Shown here piece after piece: positions 23,829 through 33,107 of a stretch of 64,000 nucleotides of DNA; the first letter of the stretch is position 1; each line of letters opens with the position of its first letter. The position numbers were made by a program, and so were the translations under genes. The notes beneath the pieces were generated by a model. The model saw only the letters and a list, made by a program, of their open reading frames with translations, was not told the origin of the DNA and did no database searches. Source of the DNA: Candidatus Deferrimicrobiaceae bacterium (GTDB taxonomy: Bacteria; Desulfobacterota; Deferrimicrobia; Deferrimicrobiales; Deferrimicrobiaceae); contig DASXVV010000006.1 of assembly GCA_036504035.1 (NCBI GenBank), positions 270,133 to 334,132 of the forward strand, given 5' to 3'.

Positions 23829-24566
23829 TCAGAATCGATATTCCCGGTTGGACGGGTCGAAGTCCCGATCGGTCAGGCCGACGTTGAGCCTGAGCGCGTC
23901 GTACCAGTACTCCTCCATCGGCAGGCCGTCCCACCCATAGGCGGAAACCCGGATCGGGAGACCCGTTGCCCGGTCGAAGTTCACGATGAGCGCCTTCGCG
24001 TAATAGCCCTTCCCCGCCGGGAGCTGCACCGAGAAGATGTCGGTCGTGCGGTCGCCCAGCGCATCCTCGCCACCGTAAAGCCACTTCCCGTCGCCCGCCT
24101 TCCGGCTCTGCTCCCACGTCCGGACGAGCATGTCGAGCAAATCGCCCAGGCTCGATTCGTCGATCGGATGACGGTTTTCCTTCATCGCCCGCGGGTCGCG
24201 CGGCTCCATCCGAAGCGTGACGAAGCCGAGGAAGCCGCCCGTGTGGGCCAGCATCTTCCCCCCGTTCTTCCCCCGGACGTAAAGCGCCTCGGTCCCCGCC
24301 ATGCCGTCCTCGGTCCACTTCATGTAGACCGCGTAAGGCTTGCGGAACTTGATTTGGATCCCCTTCTGCCGGTAGAGCTGGTCACCGTGCCGTTCCTGCC
24401 GGTGCAGCGCGCACGTGTAGTCCTCGACCTTGGCCCATGCCGCCTTCGCCCGATCGAGCGTTTCCCCGATCTCGGGGGCCGACGCCGCGGACGCCACGGA
24501 CGCCCCGACGCACAGCAGGAGCAGACCGGCAGCGAACCCCCGGGCCGTGCGCAAAGCCGTACTCAC
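23829..24566 (-). CDS. LolA-like / DUF1571-family periplasmic protein
   Basis: GTG start overlaps the Tex TGA stop (GTGA). Signal peptide, then ...YTCALHRQERHGDQLYRQKGIQIKFRKPYAVYMKW.... The longer 662-aa ORF is rejected because it runs antisense through tex. Confidence 0.5.
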   Translation of the reverse strand: MSTALRTARGFAAGLLLLCVGASVASAASAPEIGETLDRAKAAWAKVEDYTCALHRQERHGDQLYRQKGIQIKFRKPYAVYMKWTEDGMAGTEALYVRGKNGGKMLAHTGGFLGFVTLRMEPRDPRAMKENRHPIDESSLGDLLDMLVRTWEQSRKAGDGKWLYGGEDALGDRTTDIFSVQLPAGKGYYAKALIVNFDRATGLPIRVSAYGWDGLPMEEYWYDALRLNVGLTDRDFDPSNREYRF

Positions 24567-26914
24567 GACGAGGACTTGCGCGCCTTCGCGAGCGCCTCGG
24601 CGAAAGCGGAGAGCGGCGCGGCGGGCCGCGGCGACGCCGGCTTGCCCGGCTTCGGCATCCCGCTCCCATGGCCGGACTGCGCATGCCTGCCACCTGCCGC
24701 TGCGGCACGCGGTGCAGCGGGCGAGGTGCGGTGCGCGGCTGCGCCCGAAGAACCGGCGCCCTCGGAAGGCGGGACCGTTTCGCTGCTGCGCATCGACAGG
24801 GCGATCCGGCGGCGGGGAAGGTCGACCTCGACCACGGTGACGGTGACGCGCTGCTGGACCTTGACGATCTCGGACGGCTCCTGGACGAAGCGGTCGGCCA
24901 GCCGGCTGATGTGGACCAGGCCGTCCTGATGGACGCCGATGTCGACGAAGGCGCCGAACGCCGTGACGTTCGTGACGATGCCGGGCAGCCTCATGCCGAC
25001 GACAAGGTCCTCCATCTTCTCGACGCCATCGGCGAATCGGACCGCCTCGAACCGCTCGCGCGGGTCGCGGCCGGGCCGGGCCAGCTCCGCCAGGATGTCG
25101 TTCAGCGTGGGCAGCCCGACGGTCTCGGTCACGTACCGGGAGAGGACGATCTTTTCCCGCAGTGCCGCATCGCGCATGAGGTCGGCCGGCGCGCAGCCAA
25201 GGTCGCGCGCCATGGCCTCGACGATCGGATAGCTCTCGGGGTGCACCGCGCTGCCGTCGAGCGGGTTCTCCCCCTCCCGGATGCGCAGGAAGCCGGCCGC
25301 CTGCTCGAACGCCTTGGGCCCCAGCCTCGGGACCTTCCGGAGCGAATCGCGCGATGCGTAGGGACCGTGCGCGTCCCGGTACGAGACGATCGCCGTCGCG
25401 AGCGACGGCCCCAGCCCCGACACATACGAAAGGAGAGGCCGGCTCGCCGTGTTGACCTCGACGCCGACCGCGTTGACGCAGCTCTCGACCACATCGTCGA
25501 GACTGCGGCGCAGCGCGGGCTGCTCGACGTCGTGCTGGTACTGCCCGACGCCGATCGACTTGGGATCGATCTTGACCAGCTCGGCCAGCGGGTCCATCAA
25601 TCGCCGCCCTATGGAGACGGAACCGCGCACCGTCAGGTCGTGGTCGGGAAACTCTTCGCGCGCGATCTCGGAGGCGGAATAGATCGAGGCGCCGCTCTCG
25701 TTGACCGACACGACGGACGGCTGCCCGGGCAGCGGCTGCGCCCGGAGGAACGCCTCGGTCTCTCGGCCGGCGGTCCCGTTGCCCACGGCCACCAGCTCGA
25801 TGGAATACTTCTCGCACATCGACAAGACGGCCGCGACGGCATCGGCGCGCTGGCGCTCGGAAGCGTGCGGGTAGATCGTCTCCGCGTGGAGCAGCTTTCC
25901 CTGCCGGTCGAGGCAGACCGCCTTGCAGCCGGTCCGGAAGCCGGGATCGAGCGCGAGGACGTTCTTTTGTCCCGCCGCGGGCGAGAGCAGGAGCTGCCGG
26001 AGGTTAGACGCGAACACGCGAATCGCCTCGGCGTCTGCGCGACGGCGTCCCTCCATCCGCGCCTCGGTCTCGATGGCGGGGCCGAGCAGGCGCCGGTAGC
26101 CGTCCTCGACCGCCGCGCGCACCTGCATCGAGGCCGCGCCCTCTCCCCCGACGAACCGGCCGCAAAGAAGCGCAACCGCCTCGTCTTCCGGCGGCGTCAG
26201 GCGAAGGTACAGAAAGCCCTCCTTCTCGCCGCGGCGCATCGCCAGGACGCGGTGCGAGGGGGCGGTGGCGGTGGCCTCGTCCCACTCGAAATAATCGCGG
26301 TACTTGGCCCCTTCCGCCTCCTTGCCCGGCGCCACCCGGCTCCGCAGGACGCCCTTCTCGAAGTAGAGCGACCGGATCGCGGCGCGCGCATCGGCATCCT
26401 CGCTCACCCGCTCGGCCAGGATGTCGCGGGCGCCGGCCAACGCGTCATCGGCGGAAGCGACCCCCTTTCCCGCATCGACGTACGGCAACGCCGCGTCCGC
26501 GGGATCGGCCGCCCCTTGCGCCCAGAGCAGATCGGCCAGCGGCTCGAGCCCCTTTTCGCGGGCGATCGTCGCGCGCGTCCTGCGCTTGGGGCGGTAGGGG
26601 AGATAGATGTCCTCGAGCGCCGACAGGGTTTTCGCCCCGCCGACCTTTTCCTTGAGCGCGTCGTCCAGCAAGCCCCGTTCGGAGAGCGAAGCCAGCACCG
26701 CATCGCGCCGCTTGTCGAGCTCGGCCATTTGCTCCAGCCGGTCCCGGATCGCCGCGACGGCCACCTCGTCGAGTGCCCCCGTGGCCTCCTTTCGATAGCG
26801 GGCGATGAAGGGGATCGTGGCGGAATCCGCCAGAAGGGCCGCCGTGGCGGCCACCTGGCCCTCTCCGATCGACAGCTCCCGTGCGACAGCGGAAATATAG
26901 GTGTCCTGCATCAT
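24563..26914 (-). CDS. tex: Transcription accessory protein Tex (S1 RNA-binding, YqgF, HhH domains)
   Basis: MMQDTYISAVARELSIGEGQVAATAALLADSATIPFIARYRKEATG, the canonical Tex N-terminus; 783 aa with a C-terminal S1 domain (GIVTNVTAFGAFVDIGVHQDGLVHIS). Confidence 0.85.
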   Translation of the reverse strand: MMQDTYISAVARELSIGEGQVAATAALLADSATIPFIARYRKEATGALDEVAVAAIRDRLEQMAELDKRRDAVLASLSERGLLDDALKEKVGGAKTLSALEDIYLPYRPKRRTRATIAREKGLEPLADLLWAQGAADPADAALPYVDAGKGVASADDALAGARDILAERVSEDADARAAIRSLYFEKGVLRSRVAPGKEAEGAKYRDYFEWDEATATAPSHRVLAMRRGEKEGFLYLRLTPPEDEAVALLCGRFVGGEGAASMQVRAAVEDGYRRLLGPAIETEARMEGRRRADAEAIRVFASNLRQLLLSPAAGQKNVLALDPGFRTGCKAVCLDRQGKLLHAETIYPHASERQRADAVAAVLSMCEKYSIELVAVGNGTAGRETEAFLRAQPLPGQPSVVSVNESGASIYSASEIAREEFPDHDLTVRGSVSIGRRLMDPLAELVKIDPKSIGVGQYQHDVEQPALRRSLDDVVESCVNAVGVEVNTASRPLLSYVSGLGPSLATAIVSYRDAHGPYASRDSLRKVPRLGPKAFEQAAGFLRIREGENPLDGSAVHPESYPIVEAMARDLGCAPADLMRDAALREKIVLSRYVTETVGLPTLNDILAELARPGRDPRERFEAVRFADGVEKMEDLVVGMRLPGIVTNVTAFGAFVDIGVHQDGLVHISRLADRFVQEPSEIVKVQQRVTVTVVEVDLPRRRIALSMRSSETVPPSEGAGSSGAAAHRTSPAAPRAAAAGGRHAQSGHGSGMPKPGKPASPRPAAPLSAFAEALAKARKSSS

Positions 26915-27019
26915 GTTTTCTGCGTCCCTCCAATTGAAAACGGCTTCGCCGGCCCTGGATCGGTCAAGGGCCGGCGAAGCCGATATCCACTTCGCGGTTC
27001 TGACGAAAAGAGCGTGCGA

Positions 27020-27787
27020 TCAGTGGCCGCGCATGCCGCCCATGCCGCCACCCATGCCGCCGCCCTTGCCGCCCGCGGTGTTGCCTTCCTTGATGGAGAG
27101 CAACTCGACTTCGAAGATCAGCGTGGCGTTGGGGCCGATGAGGTTCCCCGCCCCCTTGGTGCCGTAAGCCAGCTCGGACGGAACGAAGAGCTGCCACTTG
27201 GAGCCGACTTTCATCTTCTGGAGCGCTTCGGTCCAGCCGGGGATGACGCCATTGACCGGGAAGACCGCGGGCTGGTTGCGCTTGTAGGAGCTGTCGAACT
27301 CGGTGCCGTCGATCAGCGTGCCCGAGTAGTGCGTCTCGACCAGGTCGGTCGGCTTGGGACTGACCCCGGTGCCTTCCTTGATCACCTTGTACTGGAGACC
27401 GCTGGGCAGCGTGATGACGTTATCCTTCCCCTTGTTGGCCAGGAGGAAATCCTCGCCCTGCTTCTTGTTCTTCTCAAGTGCCGCCTTCGCCTTCGCTTCC
27501 TGGTGCGCGGTCACCTCGGACTGGAGATTCATCATCGTCTCGCGAAGCTGGTTATCGCTGAGCGCGGGCGAGGCGCCGGTGAACGCGTCCCGCAGCCCTC
27601 GCAGGAGAAGTTCCTGGTCGATCTCGATATCGTCGTTCTTGATGTTTGCCTTGAGGTTGTTGCCGAAGCTCAGTCCGATGCCGTAGCTGACCTTGTCCTT
27701 CTTGTCCTTCAACTCCACGCCGTCTCCTCCGAACGCCAGATTTGCCGAAAGCACGACAGCCAATACCACGACTCCCCAGATCTTCAT
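27020..27787 (-). CDS. fkpA: FKBP-type peptidyl-prolyl cis-trans isomerase (FkpA-like, periplasmic) with a Gly/Met-rich C-terminal tail
   Basis: Signal peptide, a dimerisation helix, and an FKBP domain (...VETHYSGTLIDGTEFDSSYKRNQPAVFPVNGVIPGW...). Tail NTAGGKGGGMGGGMGGMRGH. Confidence 0.8.
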   Translation of the reverse strand: MKIWGVVVLAVVLSANLAFGGDGVELKDKKDKVSYGIGLSFGNNLKANIKNDDIEIDQELLLRGLRDAFTGASPALSDNQLRETMMNLQSEVTAHQEAKAKAALEKNKKQGEDFLLANKGKDNVITLPSGLQYKVIKEGTGVSPKPTDLVETHYSGTLIDGTEFDSSYKRNQPAVFPVNGVIPGWTEALQKMKVGSKWQLFVPSELAYGTKGAGNLIGPNATLIFEVELLSIKEGNTAGGKGGGMGGGMGGMRGH

Positions 27788-27960
27788 ACGCGCTCCTCTT
27801 ACCGGACGGATTTTCCGGTGTCATACGTATTTTCCCGCCTCCGCTGCCGGGGCATTGCAGAGCCATCGGACAATGGGGGGTAATTTTCCGATTGTAGCAC
27901 CCCGTGTGCCGGAACTGGGGTAAAATGTCCAATATCAGCATGGACGACACAGGGAACTCA

Positions 27961-29889
27961 ATGCGTTTTCGCACATTCGCCGCCCTCTGGGCGCTCTTTT
28001 TCCTTCTCATCGCCTTCTCACCGGCCGTCGCCGCCCGCAAGGCGCCGAAGAACAGCAAGCACGCCGCCGCCGCCGACAAGGGGTCCGGCCAGGAATCCCG
28101 GCGGCAATCGCGCCGCGCCGCCTTCTGGGCCTGCTCGGACGGCAAGGGGTCGGTGTCGCTCTTCTGGCTGCCGACCGGCGGCGACTGGCCCGAGGGAGGC
28201 TTCCAGCTCGAACGGATCACGCGCAGTGCCACCACGCTGCTCGCCCCGAAGCTCGGCCCCGGGCTCGAGGCCTCCGCCCTCATGCGCCTGCCCGATGCGC
28301 AGGCCGAGGAGATCCGCGCCTTCTCCGACAAGTTGACCCAGCGGACGCTCACCGAGGACGACCGACGCGCCTCGATCGTCAAGATGGGGCGGACGGCGAC
28401 GACTGACATCAACTACGGGTTGGCGCTTGGGGTCCGCTACACCGACTCTGCAAGGGGAGGCGGGAAACGAAGCTACCGCCTCACCCTGATGGGCCCCGAC
28501 GGCAAACCCGAACTGACGGTCAACAGCGACGAGGTCGACCCGTCGAAACGAACGCCGGGACCCGCCCAGCCGGTGGGGCTTCGCGCGCAGCCGCGCATCG
28601 ACAGCGTCGCCCTGTTCTGGAGCGACCCCCCCGCCGATACGCAGACCCCCGTCGTCGCCTACATGATCGGCCGCATCATCGGCAGCGGGAAGGGCACGGC
28701 GAGCACTTCCCTGACCCCGCAACCGCTGGCGCTCGAGCGCCACCTTCACCGGGGACAGCCCGAATTCCTCGACGACGACGCCCCCCGCCTCAACCTCTCC
28801 TACGACATCAGCGGCGTCGACCTGTTCGGACGCCATAGCGCCCCGGTTCGCGTTTCCGTCCTGGCCAAGGAATTTCCCGAGCTCGCGCCGCCACCGGATG
28901 TCCGCGTCGAAGGCGTCAAGGGGGCGGTCAGTGTTGCCTGGACCAACACAGACAACGCTTACGTCGCCGGCTTTCTCGTCGAACGCTCCCCATTCCCCAA
29001 CGGCCCCTTCCAGCTCGTATTCAAAACCCCGCTGCCGCGCAACGCGTCGCAGTACGAGGACTCAGGGCTTGAGGATGGGAAAGAATTTTATTACCGGGTC
29101 CGCGCGGTAAGCGGGCGAGGCGAGGCGGGAACCGCCTCGCCCACCTACATGGCGCGAACCACGAGCGGCAAGGACGGGGTGGCCCGGCCTGGCGACGGCA
29201 TTGAAGAGGAAACCATCGTGACCTCCTCGACCGGAGAGGAAGTGCTGCCGGTCCCGACGACGACGCACCGGCAGCCGTTGCCGGCGGCAAAGCCGCCCGA
29301 ACCGCCGCCCGCGTCGCCTCCGGCCCCGGAGCCCGTCGCCGCACCCGCGCCGCCTCCGGCCCCGACGCCCATCGCCGCACCTGCGCTGCCTCCGGCCCCG
29401 GCACCCGTCGCCGCACCTGCGCTGCCTCCGGCCCCGGCACCCGTCGCCGCGCCCGCGCCGCCTCCGGCCCCGGCGCCCGTCGCCGTCCCCGCGCCGGCCC
29501 CTGAGCCGGTTGCCGCACTCGTGCCGGCGACCGCCCCCACCCCGGCCGCCGTGGCTGCCGCGCCGGTTGCCCCGGAACCGCCCGCGCCGGATCCCGACAC
29601 CGTGCCAGCCCCCACCATCCTGAGCATCCAGGGGATGGGAGGAAAGGTGACGATCACCCTCCAGACGGGCAATCCCCCCGGGATGACGACCGAACTTCTC
29701 ATCTACCGCAGCTCCTCGGCCGCAAACATGGGGGTGACCGTCGGCCGTCCGTTGCCGGGCGACACGCGGCAGTGGCAGGACACGAGCGCCGAACCCGGAA
29801 ACAGCTACTGGTACCGGATCGTCGCGATCGATGCCCAGAAGCGGCAGAGCGAGCCGTCCCGTCCCAAGTGGGTGCGGGTCAACCGGTAA
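27961..29889 (+). CDS. Secreted fibronectin-type-III domain protein with a Pro/Ala-rich repeat linker
   Basis: Signal peptide MRFRTFAALWALFFLLIAFSPAVAA. FN3-like motifs (YRLTLMGPDG, FYYRVRAVSG, YWYRIVAIDA). PPAPAPVAAPAL repeat run. Confidence 0.6.
   Translation: MRFRTFAALWALFFLLIAFSPAVAARKAPKNSKHAAAADKGSGQESRRQSRRAAFWACSDGKGSVSLFWLPTGGDWPEGGFQLERITRSATTLLAPKLGPGLEASALMRLPDAQAEEIRAFSDKLTQRTLTEDDRRASIVKMGRTATTDINYGLALGVRYTDSARGGGKRSYRLTLMGPDGKPELTVNSDEVDPSKRTPGPAQPVGLRAQPRIDSVALFWSDPPADTQTPVVAYMIGRIIGSGKGTASTSLTPQPLALERHLHRGQPEFLDDDAPRLNLSYDISGVDLFGRHSAPVRVSVLAKEFPELAPPPDVRVEGVKGAVSVAWTNTDNAYVAGFLVERSPFPNGPFQLVFKTPLPRNASQYEDSGLEDGKEFYYRVRAVSGRGEAGTASPTYMARTTSGKDGVARPGDGIEEETIVTSSTGEEVLPVPTTTHRQPLPAAKPPEPPPASPPAPEPVAAPAPPPAPTPIAAPALPPAPAPVAAPALPPAPAPVAAPAPPPAPAPVAVPAPAPEPVAALVPATAPTPAAVAAAPVAPEPPAPDPDTVPAPTILSIQGMGGKVTITLQTGNPPGMTTELLIYRSSSAANMGVTVGRPLPGDTRQWQDTSAEPGNSYWYRIVAIDAQKRQSEPSRPKWVRVNR
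29296..29500 (+). repeat. ~5.5 tandem copies of a 36-nt unit encoding PPAPAPVAAPAL inside the FN3 protein gene
   Basis: Unit cctccggccccg-gcacccgtcgcc-gcacctgcgctg, with point variants, read directly from the sequence. Confidence 0.7.
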
Positions 29890-29895
29890 GCAAAG

Positions 29896-30381
29896 GTGTC
29901 GAAGGGAAAACCCCCCGTCACGACCGCCGTGCGGGCGCTACGCGCCGCCTGCGTCCCTTTCACCCATCACCTCTACGCCTACGAAGACCGGGGCGGAACC
30001 GCCGTTTCCGCGCGGGAACTGGGCGTCGACGAGCACTGCGTCGTCAAGACGCTGGTGATGGAGGACGACCGAAAGCATCCGCTCATCGTCCTGATGCATG
30101 GCGACCGGGAGGTCTCGACAAAGACGCTGGCCCGCCTCCTGGGCGTCAAGACCATCGCGCCATGCTCGCCCGACGCCGCCCATCGCCACTCGGGCTTCCT
30201 CGTCGGCGGCACCTCGCCTTTCGGCACCCGGCAATCGATGCCGGTCTACATCGAAGAGACGATCCTGTCGCTCCCGACGATCTACATCAACGGCGGACAG
30301 CGCGGCTATCTCGTCGGCCTCGACCCGAAGGACGCCGCCCGGATCCTCAACGCCACCCCCGTCCACGTCGCCAACGAATAA
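29896..30381 (+). CDS. ybaK: YbaK/EbsC-family Cys-tRNA(Pro) deacylase
   Basis: 161 aa; TAVRALRAACVPFTHHLY...GGTSPFG, the YbaK editing-domain signature. Confidence 0.8.
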   Translation: MSKGKPPVTTAVRALRAACVPFTHHLYAYEDRGGTAVSARELGVDEHCVVKTLVMEDDRKHPLIVLMHGDREVSTKTLARLLGVKTIAPCSPDAAHRHSGFLVGGTSPFGTRQSMPVYIEETILSLPTIYINGGQRGYLVGLDPKDAARILNATPVHVANE

Positions 30382-30394
30382 TTCTCAGCATACA

Positions 30395-30428
30395 AAAGGG
30401 CCGCCCCCCTTGCGGGAAGCGGCCCTTT
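30395..30428. terminator. GC-rich hairpin, putative bidirectional intrinsic terminator between ybaK and the convergent small gene
   Basis: aaagggccgc-cccccttgcgggaa-gcggcccttt: a 10-bp perfect stem flanked by A and T tracts. Confidence 0.5.
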
Positions 30429-30451
30429 CGGAAGATCAGGGAGAAAAAGTG

Positions 30452-30667
30452 TTACTTGGCGGCAGGCGCTTCAGCAGCCTTCTCGTCCTTCTTCTCTTCC
30501 TTCTTGGCCTTCTTGGCCTTCTTGACGGACTTCTTGGCCTTCTTCGCCTTCTTCTCGACCTTGGCAGCGTTGTCGGCAGGAGCCGCAACAGGCTCAGCGG
30601 CGAACACGGAACCGGCGACGACGAGCGCGAACATCATGGCAACAACGGATGCGAGAACCTTCTTCAT
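30452..30667 (-). CDS. Small secreted Lys/Ala-rich protein (71 aa)
   Basis: Signal peptide MKKVLASVVAMMFALVVAGSVFAA, then EPVAAPADNAAKVEKKAKKAKKSVKKAKKAKKEEKKDEKAAEAPAAK. Confidence 0.5.
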   Translation of the reverse strand: MKKVLASVVAMMFALVVAGSVFAAEPVAAPADNAAKVEKKAKKAKKSVKKAKKAKKEEKKDEKAAEAPAAK

Positions 30668-30947
30668 TTCATTACCCCCTCATGGGATTGTATTTGACCT
30701 TTCCTTAGAGCAATGGACGTGCCAGTTTTGGAATATGGCTGTAACCTATTGATATGACACGATTAGCCGATCCGTGGACAATGCGGGTCAGACCGGGAGG
30801 CAGCCTGTGGCTGCCTCATTCGGGCACCGGTTTCCCCATATGGGGAAGATGGGAATCCATCCCCCTTTTCCCTTGGGAAAATGCAATCGATTCTGGTAGA
30901 ACCGTATCCGGAGACCGCGTGCAACCGATACACGCGCAACAGAGAGG

Positions 30948-33044
30948 ATGATAATCATGCCGGTGGAAATGGTGAGTCACCTGTTGTCGTATGCCCCGTA
31001 CCTGCTCGGCGCAGTCGTGCTTTTCCTGGTCTGGAAGTCGATCCTGCTCGTCGGCGGCACCGAGATCGCCGTCATGGAGCGGAAATATTTCGGCGCTTCC
31101 ATGCCGCAGGGACGCGTCGTGGCCATGTCGAACGAGGTCGGCATCCAGGCGCGCACGCTGGGCCCGGGGATGCACTTCCTGATCCCCTTCCTCTATGCCG
31201 CGACGAAATATCCCTTCAGCACGGTCGGCGAGAACGAGGTCGGACTCATCGAATCGATCGACGGGGACCCGGTGCCGCCGGGAAAGATCTTCGCCAAGGT
31301 GGTCAAGGGGCACAACGCCTTCCAGGACGGCGAGAGTTTCATGAAGAACGGCGGGGAGAAAGGGCCGCAGATCGAGATCCTGCCGCCGGGGACGTACCGG
31401 GTCAACCCGGTGCTGTTCAAACTGCGCAAGCTGCCCGCGGTGATCATCGAAAAGGGGAAGATCGGCGTGGTCACCTCCAATGACGGCGAGCAGATCCCCG
31501 CCGGCCGGTTACTGGCCCGGAAGGTGGAGAACCACAACAACTTCGAGAACGGGCAGGCGTTTCTGAACAACGGGGGGCAGAAAGGGCCGCAGATCGACAT
31601 CCTGCTCCCGGGCACCTACCGCATCAACCGCGACCTGTTCAAGATCGAGATCGAGGATGCGACGGTGGTCCCCGCCAAAAAGGTGGGGCTGATCACAGCC
31701 CGTGATGGCGAGCCGCTGCCGGACGCCGAATACGTCGCCAAGCCGGTGACGGGGCACAACGATTTCCAGGACGCGTCCAAGTTCCTCGCGGCCGGCGGGC
31801 AGCGCGGTCCCCAGTTCGACGTGCTGCGCCCCGGCACTTACTACATCAACCCGATGTTCTTCATGGTCGAGCAGGACGACGTCGCGATCGTCGAGCGCGG
31901 GCAGGTGGCGGTCGTCGTCAGCAACGTCGGCGAAGAGCCGCCGCAGGTCAAGAAGATGGTCGAGGAGATCGCGAAGGCCGAGGGGCAGGTGCCCTCCGGC
32001 GAAACGGCCGCGGGCGTCGAAGGGCGTCACAACCTCGGGCTCGAGCGGTACGTCGTTCCGAAGGGCTTCCGCGGCATCCAGCAGGAGGTGGCGGGCCCCG
32101 GCTACTATTACCTCAACCGGCGCGCCTACATCGTGTACATCGTCGACACGACCAACATCACGATCGACTGGGACGACTCGAAGGAAACGCGCTTCGACCC
32201 GCTGAAAGTCATCTCCCGCGACGGCTTCGCGATCGGCGTCTCGGTCAAGGTCGTCATCCGGATCCGGCCCGACCAGGCGCCGTACATGGTCGCCAAGATC
32301 GGCTCGATCGAGAATCTGATCCTGCACGTCATCCACCCGATGATCGACTCGTCCTTCCGCAACCAGGCCTCCTCCACTTCGGCCATGAACTTCATGCAGG
32401 ACCGGCAGGACGAGCAGCGCAAGGCCGAGGAGCGGGCGAAGACCGAACTCGAGAAATACCATGTCGAGTGCGTCTCGGTACTCATCTGCCAGATCAACCT
32501 TCCGCAGGAGCTGATGGACACGCAGACCAAGAAGATCATCGCGCAGCAGCAGGAGGCGATGTACCAGGACCAGCAGAAGGCCGAGCAGAGCCGGATCGCG
32601 ACCGAGAAGACGCGGGCGGAAGCCGACCAGCAGAAGAACCTGGTCGAGGCCGAGATCGGCGTGAAGATCGCCGAGCAGAACAAGCAGAAGGCGATCCGGT
32701 TCGCGGAGGGCGAGGCCGAGAGCATCCGGGTGAAGGCGGTCGGCGAAGCGTCGGGCATCAAGGCGCGCGGCGAGGCGGAAGGCGCCCGTATCCTGGCGAT
32801 GGGGGAGGCGACCGCGAAGGCGTACGAGCTTCAGAACAAGGCGGTCGGGCAGGCGGGCGTCACCGCCATCGAGATCGCCAAGCAGATCGCGACGGGCAAC
32901 ATCAAGGTCACGCCCGACTTCCTGGTGCAGGGGGGCGATAACGTCGGCGGGCTGCTGTCGGCGTTCCTGACGAAGAACATCGCGGGAGGACAGGTGCGCG
33001 GCATCGCCGGAAAGGCGGACACGGATACCCAGAAGCCGGCGTAA
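30948..33044 (+). CDS. Flotillin-like SPFH/band-7 domain protein (YqiK/FloT family), 698 aa
   Basis: N-terminal TM helix; three imperfect ~45-aa repeats (NGG[EQ]KGPQ[IF]..L.PGTYR[IV]N); an SPFH core; a long Ala/Glu/Gln-rich flotillin-type coiled coil. Confidence 0.75.
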   Translation: MIIMPVEMVSHLLSYAPYLLGAVVLFLVWKSILLVGGTEIAVMERKYFGASMPQGRVVAMSNEVGIQARTLGPGMHFLIPFLYAATKYPFSTVGENEVGLIESIDGDPVPPGKIFAKVVKGHNAFQDGESFMKNGGEKGPQIEILPPGTYRVNPVLFKLRKLPAVIIEKGKIGVVTSNDGEQIPAGRLLARKVENHNNFENGQAFLNNGGQKGPQIDILLPGTYRINRDLFKIEIEDATVVPAKKVGLITARDGEPLPDAEYVAKPVTGHNDFQDASKFLAAGGQRGPQFDVLRPGTYYINPMFFMVEQDDVAIVERGQVAVVVSNVGEEPPQVKKMVEEIAKAEGQVPSGETAAGVEGRHNLGLERYVVPKGFRGIQQEVAGPGYYYLNRRAYIVYIVDTTNITIDWDDSKETRFDPLKVISRDGFAIGVSVKVVIRIRPDQAPYMVAKIGSIENLILHVIHPMIDSSFRNQASSTSAMNFMQDRQDEQRKAEERAKTELEKYHVECVSVLICQINLPQELMDTQTKKIIAQQQEAMYQDQQKAEQSRIATEKTRAEADQQKNLVEAEIGVKIAEQNKQKAIRFAEGEAESIRVKAVGEASGIKARGEAEGARILAMGEATAKAYELQNKAVGQAGVTAIEIAKQIATGNIKVTPDFLVQGGDNVGGLLSAFLTKNIAGGQVRGIAGKADTDTQKPA

Positions 33045-33064
33045 GGCGAAGGACCGACGGAAAC

Positions 33065-33093
33065 GCGGCGCCCTCCCGCAACGGGGGGCGCCG
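33065..33093. terminator. GC-rich hairpin between convergent genes (flotillin and the secreted hypothetical)
   Basis: gcggcgccc-tcccgcaac-gggggcgccgc. There is no clear U-tract. Confidence 0.3.
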
Positions 33094-33107
33094 CAAGGAT
33101 CAGGCCG

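Noticed and set aside
23829-25817. 662-aa ORF (-) and the N-terminal 500 codons of the 1088-aa ORF at 33719-36985.
   Set aside because: Only the C-terminal parts are real genes (DUF1571-like and TPR-glycosyltransferase). The upstream extensions overlap tex and the aminopeptidase and small-secreted-protein genes, and have artefactual composition.
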